Positions 1-9,717 of a stretch of 48,018 nt of DNA are shown one piece after another (the stretch's first letter is position 1; every line of letters begins with the position of its first letter). The stretch is from contig JAKFBU010000059.1 of the NCBI GenBank assembly GCA_036676985.1, forward strand, positions 1 to 48,018. Reading direction: 5' to 3'. The stretch is from Candidatus Sericytochromatia bacterium. Its GTDB lineage: Bacteria; Cyanobacteriota; Sericytochromatia; S15B-MN24; UBA4093. Position numbers and translations under genes: made by a program. The notes beneath the pieces are model-generated. The model had not been told where the DNA came from, made no database searches, and worked only from the letters and a program-made list of their open reading frames with translations.

Positions 1-251
1 CGGGATTGGCGGGTTGGGGCTTCAGCACGGCATGGTCCTCTCGAATCAAGGCTCCCTGCTATTTTCCATCCCCTACGCGCCTCGGAACAACGGTCAGCCG
101 AGGCTTACTTTTCGGGCAATACCCCCATGGATCCATTTCCGCAAACGCCACCAGTGCTTCGCAGCCTTGACCCGGGGGCCTGCATGCGTGCGACGATTCG
201 GCCCATCGAAACCAGGAGCAAGTGATGACCGCCTAGATTCTTTAGTTAGGC

Positions 252-752
252 TTATTGCGGTCGAACCGATGTCGAGTCAGTCGAGGCCGGGGCCGTTCGC
301 GTATTCAGGTCGATTGCCAAGTGTCGAAAATAGGGGGCGACATTGGTGCGTTGGGTATACCACTGCGCATATGTGAGGCCGGCTGATCCTGCCACAAGGC
401 CGCGCAAAATGGATGGCGTGTTTCCGTCCCAGAAGTTGCTGGTGGCATTTGGCACGAACAAGGCATAAGCAAGCGTAATCGTCCATCCCATTAGCATGAC
501 GTAACTTCCTATCGTACTGCCTTGTTCATATCGTGCCACCTCTGCTGGAAGCTCAATAGTTTCGCCAAGGTAGCCTGTTTCGAGGTATTTCCGAGCATTG
601 GTGCCTCCGAACAATACCCACTCAGCCTCTCTTTCGGCGATGTAGGGATCCTTAACGGGGATGCTGCCGGAGGCATACTCGGGTAACGCCTTGGCGGGGG
701 TTACAAGTAACATGCATCCGACACTGGCGATGACTACGAGTTGCTTGTTCAT
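252..752 (-). CDS. Hypothetical exported/membrane protein in AT-rich islet
   Basis: 166 aa; Sec-like N-terminus (MNKQLVVIASVGCMLLVTPAKA), internal hydrophobic stretch, GAGGA RBS upstream. Confidence 0.7.
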   Translation of the reverse strand: MNKQLVVIASVGCMLLVTPAKALPEYASGSIPVKDPYIAEREAEWVLFGGTNARKYLETGYLGETIELPAEVARYEQGSTIGSYVMLMGWTITLAYALFVPNATSNFWDGNTPSILRGLVAGSAGLTYAQWYTQRTNVAPYFRHLAIDLNTRTAPASTDSTSVRPQ

Positions 753-771
753 AGGGTGTCCTCAAATTAGT

Positions 772-803
772 TGGGTAGTAGCAACAGTAATTGCTACTAC
801 CCA
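772..803. terminator. 13-bp perfect hairpin between the two islet genes
   Basis: TGGGTAGTAGCAA-cagtaa-TTGCTACTACCCA. Confidence 0.55.
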
Positions 804-810
804 CTCTAGC

Positions 811-1650
811 TTACCAATAGATTCGAGCATCCGGATAACGCTGGACATAGCTGGAGTTGTTCCAGCTATCTCGGACTACATTCGGATTTCCGCCGATGAC
901 CTGCAGAACCACCACGACCCAAAATAGCGTGTAGGCCACTTGCCGGGCGACGGGGCTATTATCATCTACATACCAAGCATAGCCCCAGGCTCCTGAGATG
1001 ATCACGACCCAAGCCCAGTAGGCAGTCTGGCTCCACCACCACATTCCGCTAGCATTGAGGGTGTTCATTAAGTAAAGATAGACCGGGATAGTCCACGACC
1101 CAAGCTCTTGGCCTTGAATGGCATAAGTTGGTGAACTTTCCAGGTTTTCAAATCGATTTTCGAGAGCCTGCAGTTCATCGGATCCCATGGCTTCAACTTT
1201 TGCCTTGATGGTTGCAACTTCTGCCTGCAAATCATCGCTATTGAATATTCTAAGGGTTTCTTCGACCGTCATCGACTTCTGAAGTTCCTCGGGAACTGGA
1301 ACACCAATGGATTCGTTATTTCCAAGGGCAATTTTTGCCTCCGCGACGTACTTGCCAGTGTCTTCCGTAACAATCGATTCGATAACAACCGGTCGTTCAT
1401 CGGGATTAATGTCTTGAACTGACAACTTGGACGTTTCTCTCACTGAGAAGCGACGATAATCCACGGCATATCGCTTGTTGAGAGAAATGATATGTCCGCC
1501 CTTGGCGACTTTTGCCCGATGTGTCAAGGTGCCTTCGGTCTTCTGGGTTTGTGTTGGGGCCGAGGGCAGTTGGTTTGCACAGCCAACCACAATCAGATTC
1601 GACGCCAGAATTAGCGCCGACGCTAGTTTCATAGACGCGTTCAACTGCAA
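811..1650 (-). CDS. Hypothetical lipoprotein with Trp/Tyr-rich hydrophobic C-terminal domain
   Basis: Lipobox-like IVVG-C; AGGAG RBS before TTG; last ~95 aa contain two to three hydrophobic segments. Confidence 0.75.
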   Translation of the reverse strand: MQLNASMKLASALILASNLIVVGCANQLPSAPTQTQKTEGTLTHRAKVAKGGHIISLNKRYAVDYRRFSVRETSKLSVQDINPDERPVVIESIVTEDTGKYVAEAKIALGNNESIGVPVPEELQKSMTVEETLRIFNSDDLQAEVATIKAKVEAMGSDELQALENRFENLESSPTYAIQGQELGSWTIPVYLYLMNTLNASGMWWWSQTAYWAWVVIISGAWGYAWYVDDNSPVARQVAYTLFWVVVVLQVIGGNPNVVRDSWNNSSYVQRYPDARIYW

Positions 1651-1705
1651 ATCTCCTTTTGCTATTGATACCTTGTAGATGTGTTATAGGCGCCTAAACA
1701 AGTGC

Positions 1706-1721
1706 TGTCATAAATATGACA
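1706..1721. promoter_or_regulatory. Candidate XRE operator palindrome
   Basis: TGTCATA-aa-TATGACA in the divergent intergenic region next to the HTH gene. Confidence 0.5.
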
Positions 1722-1773
1722 ATATTATCAATGCCTTAAAGTTTGTTTAAACCGACCTGGTTGAGGTGCCTGC

Positions 1774-2088
1774 ATGCCAGAGACAACCCGTGAGATTTTT
1801 GCTAGGAGACTACGGAAATACCGACAATACCTGGGATACACCCAAATCCAGATGGCTTCCCGGTTGGGTGTTGTGAAATCGACATTGCTGGGTTGGGAAA
1901 AGTTGGACGGTCGAGGACAGCCTACATGGGAACAGCTCCATGAGATGTGCTCGTGGAGTGGGGTAGAGCCAATCTACTTTTTCATGTCAGATGAGTTCGG
2001 ATCCGACTACTTGGATACGGCAGAGCACCTGAAGGCACTGATGACCGTTATTCGCCATGCAGTACGGACCAGTTACCGCAAACTTTAA
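1774..2088 (+). CDS. XRE/HTH_3 transcriptional regulator
   Basis: RLRKYRQYLGYTQIQMASRLGVVKSTLLGWE matches the Cro/CI HTH pattern; GAGG RBS. Confidence 0.85.
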   Translation: MPETTREIFARRLRKYRQYLGYTQIQMASRLGVVKSTLLGWEKLDGRGQPTWEQLHEMCSWSGVEPIYFFMSDEFGSDYLDTAEHLKALMTVIRHAVRTSYRKL

Positions 2089-2279
2089 GCCTCGTTTGAG
2101 ACCAAACATGCCGTGCTTATTGCCACCCTTTCGGGCATTCAACTCAACGAGCAACCGAGCTTTCCTTTTCGGTCATTACCGCTACGCAATATTGAGGGGG
2201 GAACTTCAAATGGGCTTCCCCAAATCCTTAATTGGAGTGTCAAGTGACAATCGCAATTCCGGCGGGCTCCAAGCGGCAG

Positions 2280-4493
2280 TTAGGAGACGCTCGCCTCTCG
2301 AGAGTTTCCGATTTGCCTGATCTGCTCGTGCAGCGCCGGATCGAGGGACATGAGGTGCCAGAACTGCTCGCGTGAAAGGCTGAGTAACACGCATGGGGTG
2401 ATCGTCCGGATGCTGGCCCCGCGGGGAGCATCCCGGAGCAGGGCGAGCTCGCCGAAGTAGTCACCGTCCTCGAGCCGGGCGATGGGCACGTCTGCCTGCA
2501 GCACCTCGACCGATCCCCGGACGACGACGTAGAAGCGATCGCCCGGGTCACCCTCATGAAACACGAATCGATTGGCTGAGACGCGTTCCGTGAGGAACTG
2601 GGCAGAAATGCCTGCGAGCTGCTTCTTGTCTAACGTGGCGAAGAGAGGCAGACGGCGCAGCCAGTCGATCTGGACCTCGAAGAACCCGTCGTCGCCAGTA
2701 GCGAAGCCGGATTGCTTCTCCCACATGCGCCGGTACTCGCCTTCCTGGGCCACGAGCTCGTGATGCTCGCCGGTCTGGACGAGCCGGCCCTGGCTCAGGA
2801 CAACGACGCGATCGCTCCTCACCACGGTGGACAATCGATTGGTCGCGAGCAGCACGCCCATGTCCCGGCTCGAGAGAGTGGCGAGAAAGCGCTGCTCCGC
2901 CTGCGGGTCGAGCGTGGTGGTCGCCTCGTCCAGGATGAGCAGATCCGGCTTGCGAACGAGCGCTCTGGCGAGCGAGAGGCGCAGGGCCTCTTCGTTGGAG
3001 AGCCGGACGCCGCCCTCTCCGAGCGGGGAGTCGTAGCCCTCCGGCAGGCCCAGGATGAAGTCGTGGATGCCCGCGGCCCTGGCGGCCTCGACGACCTCCT
3101 CGTCGGTGGCCGAGAGCTTGCCGAGCCGGATGTTCTCCTTGACCGAGTTGCCGAAGAAGACGCTCGACGCCGTGAGGATGCTGATGCGCGATCGCAAGCT
3201 CTCCTGCATGAACGCCCGGGCATCCTGCCCGTCGATGCGGACCGTCCCAGAGGTCGGTTCGTAGTAGCGCAGCAAGAGGTTCGCGACGCTGCTCTTGCCC
3301 GAGCCGCCCGAGCCCACGAGGGCCGTCACCTTCCCCCTGGGAATCTCGAAGGAGACCTCCCGCAGGCATGCCTCCTGGCCGGGGTAGGCGAAGCTCACGC
3401 CCTCGAGCGTCACGCCCCTTTGAATACCGGTCAACGCCCCGGCATCCGGCGCGTCGGTCACCGTGGGCACCTCGCCCAGGATGTCCTCCACGCGCTGCAT
3501 ACCGCCCGCCGCCTTCAAGAGCCCGGGCAGGAAGTTCATGACGATCGCGACCGCGCTGCTGAGCGTCATGGTCAAGGCCTGGAACGAGACGAAGGTCCCC
3601 ACCGTGATCTGACCCAGGTAGGCCAGGTACGCGCCCACCGCGATGACGAGCACCTGGAAGATGCTGATGCCGATGAACGCCGAGCGCTCCACCGAGCCGC
3701 TCAGGAAGCCCATGCGCGCTCCCCGTTGCATCAAGAGCCCCGCTTGCCGCCGGAAGCCCGCCACCGCGTGCCGCTCCAGCGCGAACGCCTTGATGACCTC
3801 TTGCGCCGAGAGGTTCTCCTCGACGTAGGAGAGGACCTTGGCCTCTTCGGTCTTGTAGCGGTAGCTCGCGAGCGACGCATGCGGCGACACGAAGCGCGGA
3901 CCCAGGAGCGTCAGGGGCCAGATGAGCATAGCCACGAGCGCCAGGCGCCAGTCCAGGGTGAAGATGAGCCCCACCGACATGAAGAGGTCCATGACGGGCG
4001 CCACGAAGCCTGCCGCCGCAAGCGCGACCACCTGCTCGATGGGCGCCAGGTCCCCGGAGAAGGTGGCGAGGACGTTCGGGACCTTCTTGCGGCGGAAGAA
4101 GTCTAGCGAGAGATGCTGGAGGTGGGTGTAGAGCCGCAGGCGCAGGTCCTGGATGATCCGGGCCACGACCTTGAAGAACACCCAGTCGAGCGCGATCCCC
4201 GTCAGCGAGATGACGGCCACCGCCGCCGCGAGCCCACCGATGGTCCAGAGCATGGCCCCCTGGTCGTGCTGCGGGATCGCGTGGTCGATGAGCTCCTTGA
4301 GGGCAAGGGGGATGAAGGCCGTGAAGGCCATCTCCAGCGCCAGGATGGAGAGGATGAAGGCCACCTGCCATGGATAGCCGACGAAATAGCCCAAGAGGCG
4401 GCGCGTGCTGCCGGCCAGGCCGATCAGGTTCTCGGGGGTGTCTTCGTCCTGGGGGGCTTCGACGCGGGGGACGTGCAGCTCGGAGGTGCTCAA
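2280..4493 (-). CDS. ABC exporter (TMD+NBD) fused to C-terminal cNMP-binding domain; degenerate NBD
   Basis: Multi-TM domain, Walker A GSGGSGKS, Walker B LLILDE, cNMP cassette FGELALL..PRGAS; TTG start at 4493 with AGGAG RBS. Confidence 0.9.
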   Translation of the reverse strand: MSTSELHVPRVEAPQDEDTPENLIGLAGSTRRLLGYFVGYPWQVAFILSILALEMAFTAFIPLALKELIDHAIPQHDQGAMLWTIGGLAAAVAVISLTGIALDWVFFKVVARIIQDLRLRLYTHLQHLSLDFFRRKKVPNVLATFSGDLAPIEQVVALAAAGFVAPVMDLFMSVGLIFTLDWRLALVAMLIWPLTLLGPRFVSPHASLASYRYKTEEAKVLSYVEENLSAQEVIKAFALERHAVAGFRRQAGLLMQRGARMGFLSGSVERSAFIGISIFQVLVIAVGAYLAYLGQITVGTFVSFQALTMTLSSAVAIVMNFLPGLLKAAGGMQRVEDILGEVPTVTDAPDAGALTGIQRGVTLEGVSFAYPGQEACLREVSFEIPRGKVTALVGSGGSGKSSVANLLLRYYEPTSGTVRIDGQDARAFMQESLRSRISILTASSVFFGNSVKENIRLGKLSATDEEVVEAARAAGIHDFILGLPEGYDSPLGEGGVRLSNEEALRLSLARALVRKPDLLILDEATTTLDPQAEQRFLATLSSRDMGVLLATNRLSTVVRSDRVVVLSQGRLVQTGEHHELVAQEGEYRRMWEKQSGFATGDDGFFEVQIDWLRRLPLFATLDKKQLAGISAQFLTERVSANRFVFHEGDPGDRFYVVVRGSVEVLQADVPIARLEDGDYFGELALLRDAPRGASIRTITPCVLLSLSREQFWHLMSLDPALHEQIRQIGNSREASVS

Positions 4494-4528
4494 ACGGGGC
4501 TCCTGCTCGGGGAAAGGGGGCGCGAGGC

Positions 4529-5200
4529 TCAGGAGGCCCGGTCGGCGTCCGCCTGCGGGGACAGGCCGGTCATGAGGGCCATGAGCGTGCGCGGGGTGAC
4601 GCCGTTCACGGGCCAGTACTTCTCGAAGTAGAGTGAGCGGACGAGCTCCTGGCTCTCGGAGGCGGCGAACGGCTTGCCGGGATACCGGTCGATGACGAGC
4701 AGGCTCAAGGGGACGGTCGCGGACCCATCGAGGGCCGGTTGAACGTAGGCGATAGGCAGCTGCCGGGCTCCCTGCTTCGCGAAGAAGCGCAGGCGCCCCA
4801 GGCCTTCGGCCCGGGCCTCGGGCGTGGGCGCGAGGTTCGGGTCCTCGACTTCCATGACCATGCCGCGGCACTCGAGGCCCGCGCGGCGCAGCCGCAGGGT
4901 GCCCACGGCGAACATCCAGTCCAGGAGCATGGCGCCGAGTCCCAGGCTTCGCGCCCTGTCGCTCACGGCCAGGTAGGCGGCGAAGACGAAGGGCATCCCC
5001 TTCAGCAGGTAGGCGACGCCCAGGCCGACCGTCTCTCCGTGCAAAACGGCCCGGAGGGCGATCGCCCGTCCAGACCCGACGCTGTGCAGGATGGCATGGT
5101 GCGGCTCTCGCTCGCACGAGGGGAAGGAGGCCGCGTACAGCGCCCACCAATCAAGGTCCTGGGTGAGGGTTGCGGCATCTATCAGCTCGCAATGGGGCAT
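4529..5200 (-). CDS. GNAT-family N-acetyltransferase
   Basis: YLAV..RARSLGLGAML acetyl-CoA motif, MEVEDP, RLRFF..G, YVQP; GGAGG RBS before ATG at 5200. Confidence 0.75.
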   Translation of the reverse strand: MPHCELIDAATLTQDLDWWALYAASFPSCEREPHHAILHSVGSGRAIALRAVLHGETVGLGVAYLLKGMPFVFAAYLAVSDRARSLGLGAMLLDWMFAVGTLRLRRAGLECRGMVMEVEDPNLAPTPEARAEGLGRLRFFAKQGARQLPIAYVQPALDGSATVPLSLLVIDRYPGKPFAASESQELVRSLYFEKYWPVNGVTPRTLMALMTGLSPQADADRAS

Positions 5201-5352
5201 GGGGACCTCCGGATTAGGAAACACTAATCTTCTTATTCCCCGCCGAGCGAGGATAATGCCGACCGGTTGCCGCCATGCTCGATCCTCGGGACCTTGCCTG
5301 ACGGACGCATGTCGGGCATATTGCTCGGGTGTGACGTTGAAAGGAGCCTCCT

Positions 5353-5775
5353 TTGGACCAGCGATTGACCCTCATCACCCTGGGCGTCCGAGATCTTGCC
5401 CGTGCCCGTGCCTTCTACGAGCAGGCCCTCGGCTGGAAGCCCGGCAACGTGAGCGAAGGTGTCGCCTTCTACGAACTCGGCGGATTTGCCTTGTCGCTCT
5501 ACGGCCTGAACGACCTGGCCGAGGATGCCCAGATCGGAGTGCCCGGCACGGGGTTCGGCGGGATTGCGCTCGCCATCAACATGCACACCCGGGAGGACGT
5601 GGACCGGACGCTGGCAGAGGTCGTCGCCGCCGGGGCCAAGCTCCTGAAGCCCGCACAGGAGGCGTTCTGGGGTGGGTACTCCGGCTACTTCGCCGATCCG
5701 GACGGCTATCCCTGGGAGGTGGCGTGGAACCCCGGCTTCCCGCTCGATGCCGATGGGCGCCTGATTCACGTGTAG
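5353..5775 (+). CDS. VOC/glyoxalase family protein
   Basis: ITLGVRDLARARAFYE ... FWGGYSGYFADPDGYPWEVAWNP. Confidence 0.92.
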   Translation: MDQRLTLITLGVRDLARARAFYEQALGWKPGNVSEGVAFYELGGFALSLYGLNDLAEDAQIGVPGTGFGGIALAINMHTREDVDRTLAEVVAAGAKLLKPAQEAFWGGYSGYFADPDGYPWEVAWNPGFPLDADGRLIHV

Positions 5776-5839
5776 GGTTCGTTCGGGGAAGGAGGCCCCG
5801 GACGACTCCACCTTCATGTCCCTGCTCTGACGTCCGCCT

Positions 5840-6982
5840 TCACGGGAGCCGGATGGCCCGGATCCGGTGGTTCCCGGTATCGGCCACGTACGCCAGCCCC
5901 GTATCGTCGAGGGCGATCCCCATGGGCGCGCTGAAGCGGGCCACCGACTCTGAGCCGTCGGCGAGGCCCCGCTCTTTGCCGGCGAGCGTGGAGACGCCGC
6001 CCGGCTGAATCAGCCGGACGGCATGGCTGCCGATGTCCTCACCGAAATAGAGACGGTACTCGTTGCCGGTTTCGGTCACGTAGAGCCGCCCGGCTCGATC
6101 GACCGCCAGCCCGGCAATACCCTTGAATAGTGCCTCGGTGGGCGTTCCGTCGACTTGGCCGGCCACCTTGCCACGCTGGCCCGCGACCTCCGTGACGCCG
6201 CCCTGCGGCGTGATGCGTTGAATCACCGTGTGGCTCGCACCGTCGACATAGAGGTTCCCGCTCGTATCGACCGCCAGGCCGTTGGGCTTGTCCAGCCGAA
6301 CATTCGCCAAGGTCCCCTTCGCACCGCCCTCGGGGGTGCCGATGAGGGTGGAGACGGCACCCTGAGGCGTGAGCCGTCGAATCAGCCCTGCGTTCGAATC
6401 GGCGACGTAGAGGTTCCCCGCCGAGTCGACGGCTATGCCGGTCGGGGCGTCGAACTGGGCGGCTGTCCCCGCTCCATCCGCCGTGCCCTGGGTACTGCCC
6501 GCCAGGGTCGACACGACGCCGTCGGGGGTCACCTGGCGGATCAGGTGGTTGCCGGTGTCCGTGACAAAGAGGGTCCCGGCCGAGTCGACCGCGATGCCGG
6601 TCGGGGCGTTGAACTGGGCAGCGGTGCCCGTTCCGTCGTTCCGCCCCTGGGTGCTGCCCGCCAGGGTCGTCACGAGGCCCTCGGGGGTGACCTTACGGAT
6701 CAAGTGGTTGCCGGTATCGGCGACGTACAGGCTGCCGCTGGCGTCCACCGCCACGCCGCGGGGCGCATTGAAGCGAGCCTCGGATCCCTTGCCATCGGCC
6801 GCTCCGGGCGGACCGCCCGCGAGCGTCGAGACGGTGGCCTTGCCGGCGTGGAGGACATGGTTGGGAGGCGTGGAGGGAGGCGTGGGCGACTTGGCGAACA
6901 TGAGCATGAAGGCGTCGCAGCCCGCCAGCGCGAGAGTCAGGACGGCGAGCCAAGCGATGATCAGCCGTTGGGGGTGGCGCAC
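5840..6982 (-). CDS. NHL-repeat beta-propeller lipoprotein
   Basis: Lipobox LAGC after GTG start; repeated F.AP.GIAVD..G.LYVADTGNHLIR units. Confidence 0.88.
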   Translation of the reverse strand: MRHPQRLIIAWLAVLTLALAGCDAFMLMFAKSPTPPSTPPNHVLHAGKATVSTLAGGPPGAADGKGSEARFNAPRGVAVDASGSLYVADTGNHLIRKVTPEGLVTTLAGSTQGRNDGTGTAAQFNAPTGIAVDSAGTLFVTDTGNHLIRQVTPDGVVSTLAGSTQGTADGAGTAAQFDAPTGIAVDSAGNLYVADSNAGLIRRLTPQGAVSTLIGTPEGGAKGTLANVRLDKPNGLAVDTSGNLYVDGASHTVIQRITPQGGVTEVAGQRGKVAGQVDGTPTEALFKGIAGLAVDRAGRLYVTETGNEYRLYFGEDIGSHAVRLIQPGGVSTLAGKERGLADGSESVARFSAPMGIALDDTGLAYVADTGNHRIRAIRLP

Positions 6983-7058
6983 GTTGAATGACCTCTTCAC
7001 GATCGTTTGCAACCCGACCCTCAGGCTAGCGGATAGGAGGGCCTCCGTCCAGGTTGCG

Positions 7059-8462
7059 CTACCACCAGCCCTTGAACACGTTTCCGATCGCGTTGCCGAT
7101 GGCGCCGACGCCACTGGCGATCGCATTGCCGACGGCCGCGGCACCAGCGCCGATGGCCTTGGCCGTGTTGGTGACGGCCTCTCCCGTCCAGCGGGCTGCC
7201 GTTCCGAGCGCATTGAAGCCCGTTTGCAGTAGGCTGCCCAGGAAAGGCCCCACCACGGGGATCGGATCGTAGAGTCGCTTGCTCAAGCTGCCCAGGATCC
7301 CGAAGAAACCCGCCAGGCCGAGGCCGATGCGCGCCGGTAGGTTGACGAATCCCTGCGGCCCGGCCACGGCGTTGCGAACGTCCATGAACCCCTTGCTGGC
7401 GCCGACGGATCCCCACATGGGGTCGGCCATGGAGGTGGTGGTCGGCAACTTGATGGAGTTGGCGTCGATCATGGTGGGGGGAGTGCCTGGCTTCTTGATC
7501 TGACCGTCCTTCGGGACCATGGTGATCATGAACTGGCTGAGGCCCGAGGGAAGCCCCTTGAGCCGTTGGTTTCCCCAGCGGCGGCTGAATTCGTCGACCG
7601 GCATCTTGTAGTGCATTCCCCAGGGGTCGCTGATGATGATGCTGCTCAGCTTGCCGCTGGGATCCCGTTCGTAGCCGTTCACGGCGACGTAGTGGATGCC
7701 CATGTCCTGGGCATCGGGCCCGTTGACCCCCTTGTCGTTGGCCATGGGCTCCATGATCACCTGGACCGGGACCCCCTGGTCGAGCATGGCCGTCAGGTCC
7801 TCCACGCTGGCGTTGTTCTTCATCTCGGCGCGGAAGCCGTTGCCACGGGCGACCTCGACGATGTCCGCCGGGCTGGTGAACGAGCCGTTGTTGGCCCGCC
7901 GGATCTGCTGGTCGATGGTCGCCTGATCGGTCACTCCCGGCTTGAAGTGGTTGAGGATCATGGCCAGCGAGGTCGTGCCGCAGCTCTGCTGCGCGCCTAT
8001 CAGGCCCGTTTCCGGGTCGATGGCCTGCATCTGGTTGTAGGGTTCGACCAGCAGGTCGACGCCGGTATGTCTCGAGTAGGTGTCCACCAGGCTGTAGTTC
8101 TTGCCGGGAGAGTGCCAGTCGGCGAAGGGGCGGTAGGAGCCGGGGAGCGGCGGGAAGAACCCGATGATGCGGTAGTCCTGCCCATTGGGCCCATCCGAAA
8201 AGGGAAAGCGATGGGGCCTCTCCGTGCGATCGCCATAGGTCCTACGCGCCGCCACCGTGAAGCTCCCTGTCGTCGCGGCGACGAGTCCTTCCCGGGCGGT
8301 CTCGATGAGCCGCGTCAGGCCGACGAGGTTCGAGACCGCGTCGACGGGGGCGCCGATCGCCTGTTCTGGGCCCACGCCCGGCTGGGACTCCAGCTTGTCG
8401 GCGGGATCCTTCTTGAGGTTGGCGGTCCGGGGCTTGAACGGGTTGGACTCGGATATCTGCAT
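7059..8462 (-). CDS. C39-like (papain-fold) cysteine peptidase with Gly/Ala-rich amphipathic C-terminus
   Basis: QQSCGTTSLAMIL (Cys), HYVAVNGY (His), SDPWG (Asp); AGGAGG RBS. Confidence 0.82.
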   Translation of the reverse strand: MQISESNPFKPRTANLKKDPADKLESQPGVGPEQAIGAPVDAVSNLVGLTRLIETAREGLVAATTGSFTVAARRTYGDRTERPHRFPFSDGPNGQDYRIIGFFPPLPGSYRPFADWHSPGKNYSLVDTYSRHTGVDLLVEPYNQMQAIDPETGLIGAQQSCGTTSLAMILNHFKPGVTDQATIDQQIRRANNGSFTSPADIVEVARGNGFRAEMKNNASVEDLTAMLDQGVPVQVIMEPMANDKGVNGPDAQDMGIHYVAVNGYERDPSGKLSSIIISDPWGMHYKMPVDEFSRRWGNQRLKGLPSGLSQFMITMVPKDGQIKKPGTPPTMIDANSIKLPTTTSMADPMWGSVGASKGFMDVRNAVAGPQGFVNLPARIGLGLAGFFGILGSLSKRLYDPIPVVGPFLGSLLQTGFNALGTAARWTGEAVTNTAKAIGAGAAAVGNAIASGVGAIGNAIGNVFKGWW

Positions 8463-8667
8463 GGCATGCCCTCCTGTGAGTGAATTATGCCGCCCGAGAT
8501 CCATGATGTTTCATTCGGTAATGAAGTTTTATCGAAGTTCTAACGGTCGAGGTCTCGATACATGGATCGTCTGCAGGAGAGTCACCGAGCGCATGTCTAC
8601 CCGGGTGAGAGGCGGCGGCCCGTTTTCGGGTATAGATCCCTTGGCTGCATCCAATTGAGGACCGTCC

Positions 8668-9717
8668 GTGAGCATTCAAGCCAGTAACGCCAACGCTCGT
8701 CTCAACCTCGTGTCGAACGCGAAGGCGCTCGATCCGGCACCCGGAGACGACATGTCCTTCGCACCGGTGCCGCCAGAGCCGCCCCGGCGCGACAGCCTGA
8801 AGCTGTCGACCGAGGTGAGCGCCGCCATGGCCGTCAAGGTCCAGACGACCACGCCGGAGGCCAAGCCGCCGGAGACCCCGGGCGAGGCCGCCCAGAACGA
8901 GGCCGGCCTGGCGAAGACGCCGACGGCTCCGGCCCGGAAGGACCTGAGGAACTTCCCCCCGTACCACCCGGTCATCACCCCCCTCACCGAGCAGAGGGCG
9001 GCCATCGAGACGGCACTCGGGGGTAGGCCCACGACCTTCAAGAATGTGGCCGGCGGGTTGGTGACGCTGGTGATCGCCAAGGGAGCCAACACCCCCGAGG
9101 GCCATGAGCGGTACCAGGTGAAGGTTGGAGCCGCTTCGCTCGACGTCACCGTGGGGGCCGGCCTGGATACCAAGGAGCTCCTGACCCGGCTGGTGGACGT
9201 CTACTCGAAGGTCCCCGAGCACCTGCGGGGTTGCCTGAAAAAGGTCGTGCTCTCGGCCGAGACCAATCCGAAGGATGAGTACTGGGCCAAGGAGTTCAAT
9301 TTCAACGGCTTCGCTTCGGGAGCCAGTGCTGGAGACGGCCTTATCACCTTCTGGAAGCTCCAGACCCACACCCACAACCTCAGCCAGGGGACGTTCAACC
9401 ATGAATTCGGGCATCTGATCGGCGAGACTCTTTCGACGAGCCGTAAGCAGTTCGCCATGCACGCGCCTGACGGCTGGGCGGACGCCGCGATCGCCGATAT
9501 CGACGTCGTGACCGACTATGCGAGTCACAATGTCGACGAGGATTTTGCCGAGACGTGGTCTTACTTCGTCTACGCCAAGACCGACCCCCAGGCGATGGAG
9601 GCGATGCGCGAACGCTTCCCGAACCGGATCAAGATCCTCGAGGCCATCTACAACAACGAGTTCGAGCGCAAGCCCGAGAAATCCGCCTCCCGACGCTCCA
9701 GGACGCGCCAGTCATGA
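8668..9717 (+). CDS. Zinc metallopeptidase, lethal-factor-like (ATLF-type) C-terminal domain
   Basis: NHEFGH, then TDYA...EDFAE and RFPNR; Pro-rich low-complexity N-terminus. Confidence 0.72.
   Translation: MSIQASNANARLNLVSNAKALDPAPGDDMSFAPVPPEPPRRDSLKLSTEVSAAMAVKVQTTTPEAKPPETPGEAAQNEAGLAKTPTAPARKDLRNFPPYHPVITPLTEQRAAIETALGGRPTTFKNVAGGLVTLVIAKGANTPEGHERYQVKVGAASLDVTVGAGLDTKELLTRLVDVYSKVPEHLRGCLKKVVLSAETNPKDEYWAKEFNFNGFASGASAGDGLITFWKLQTHTHNLSQGTFNHEFGHLIGETLSTSRKQFAMHAPDGWADAAIADIDVVTDYASHNVDEDFAETWSYFVYAKTDPQAMEAMRERFPNRIKILEAIYNNEFERKPEKSASRRSRTRQS

Noticed and set aside
4494-5150. 956-aa version of the ABC transporter
   Set aside because: The extra N-terminus is an Arg/Pro-rich alternate frame of the GNAT gene; an RBS supports the TTG at 4493.
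6400-6800. Repeated DNA units suggesting a CRISPR or tandem array
   Set aside because: They are in-frame NHL protein repeats.
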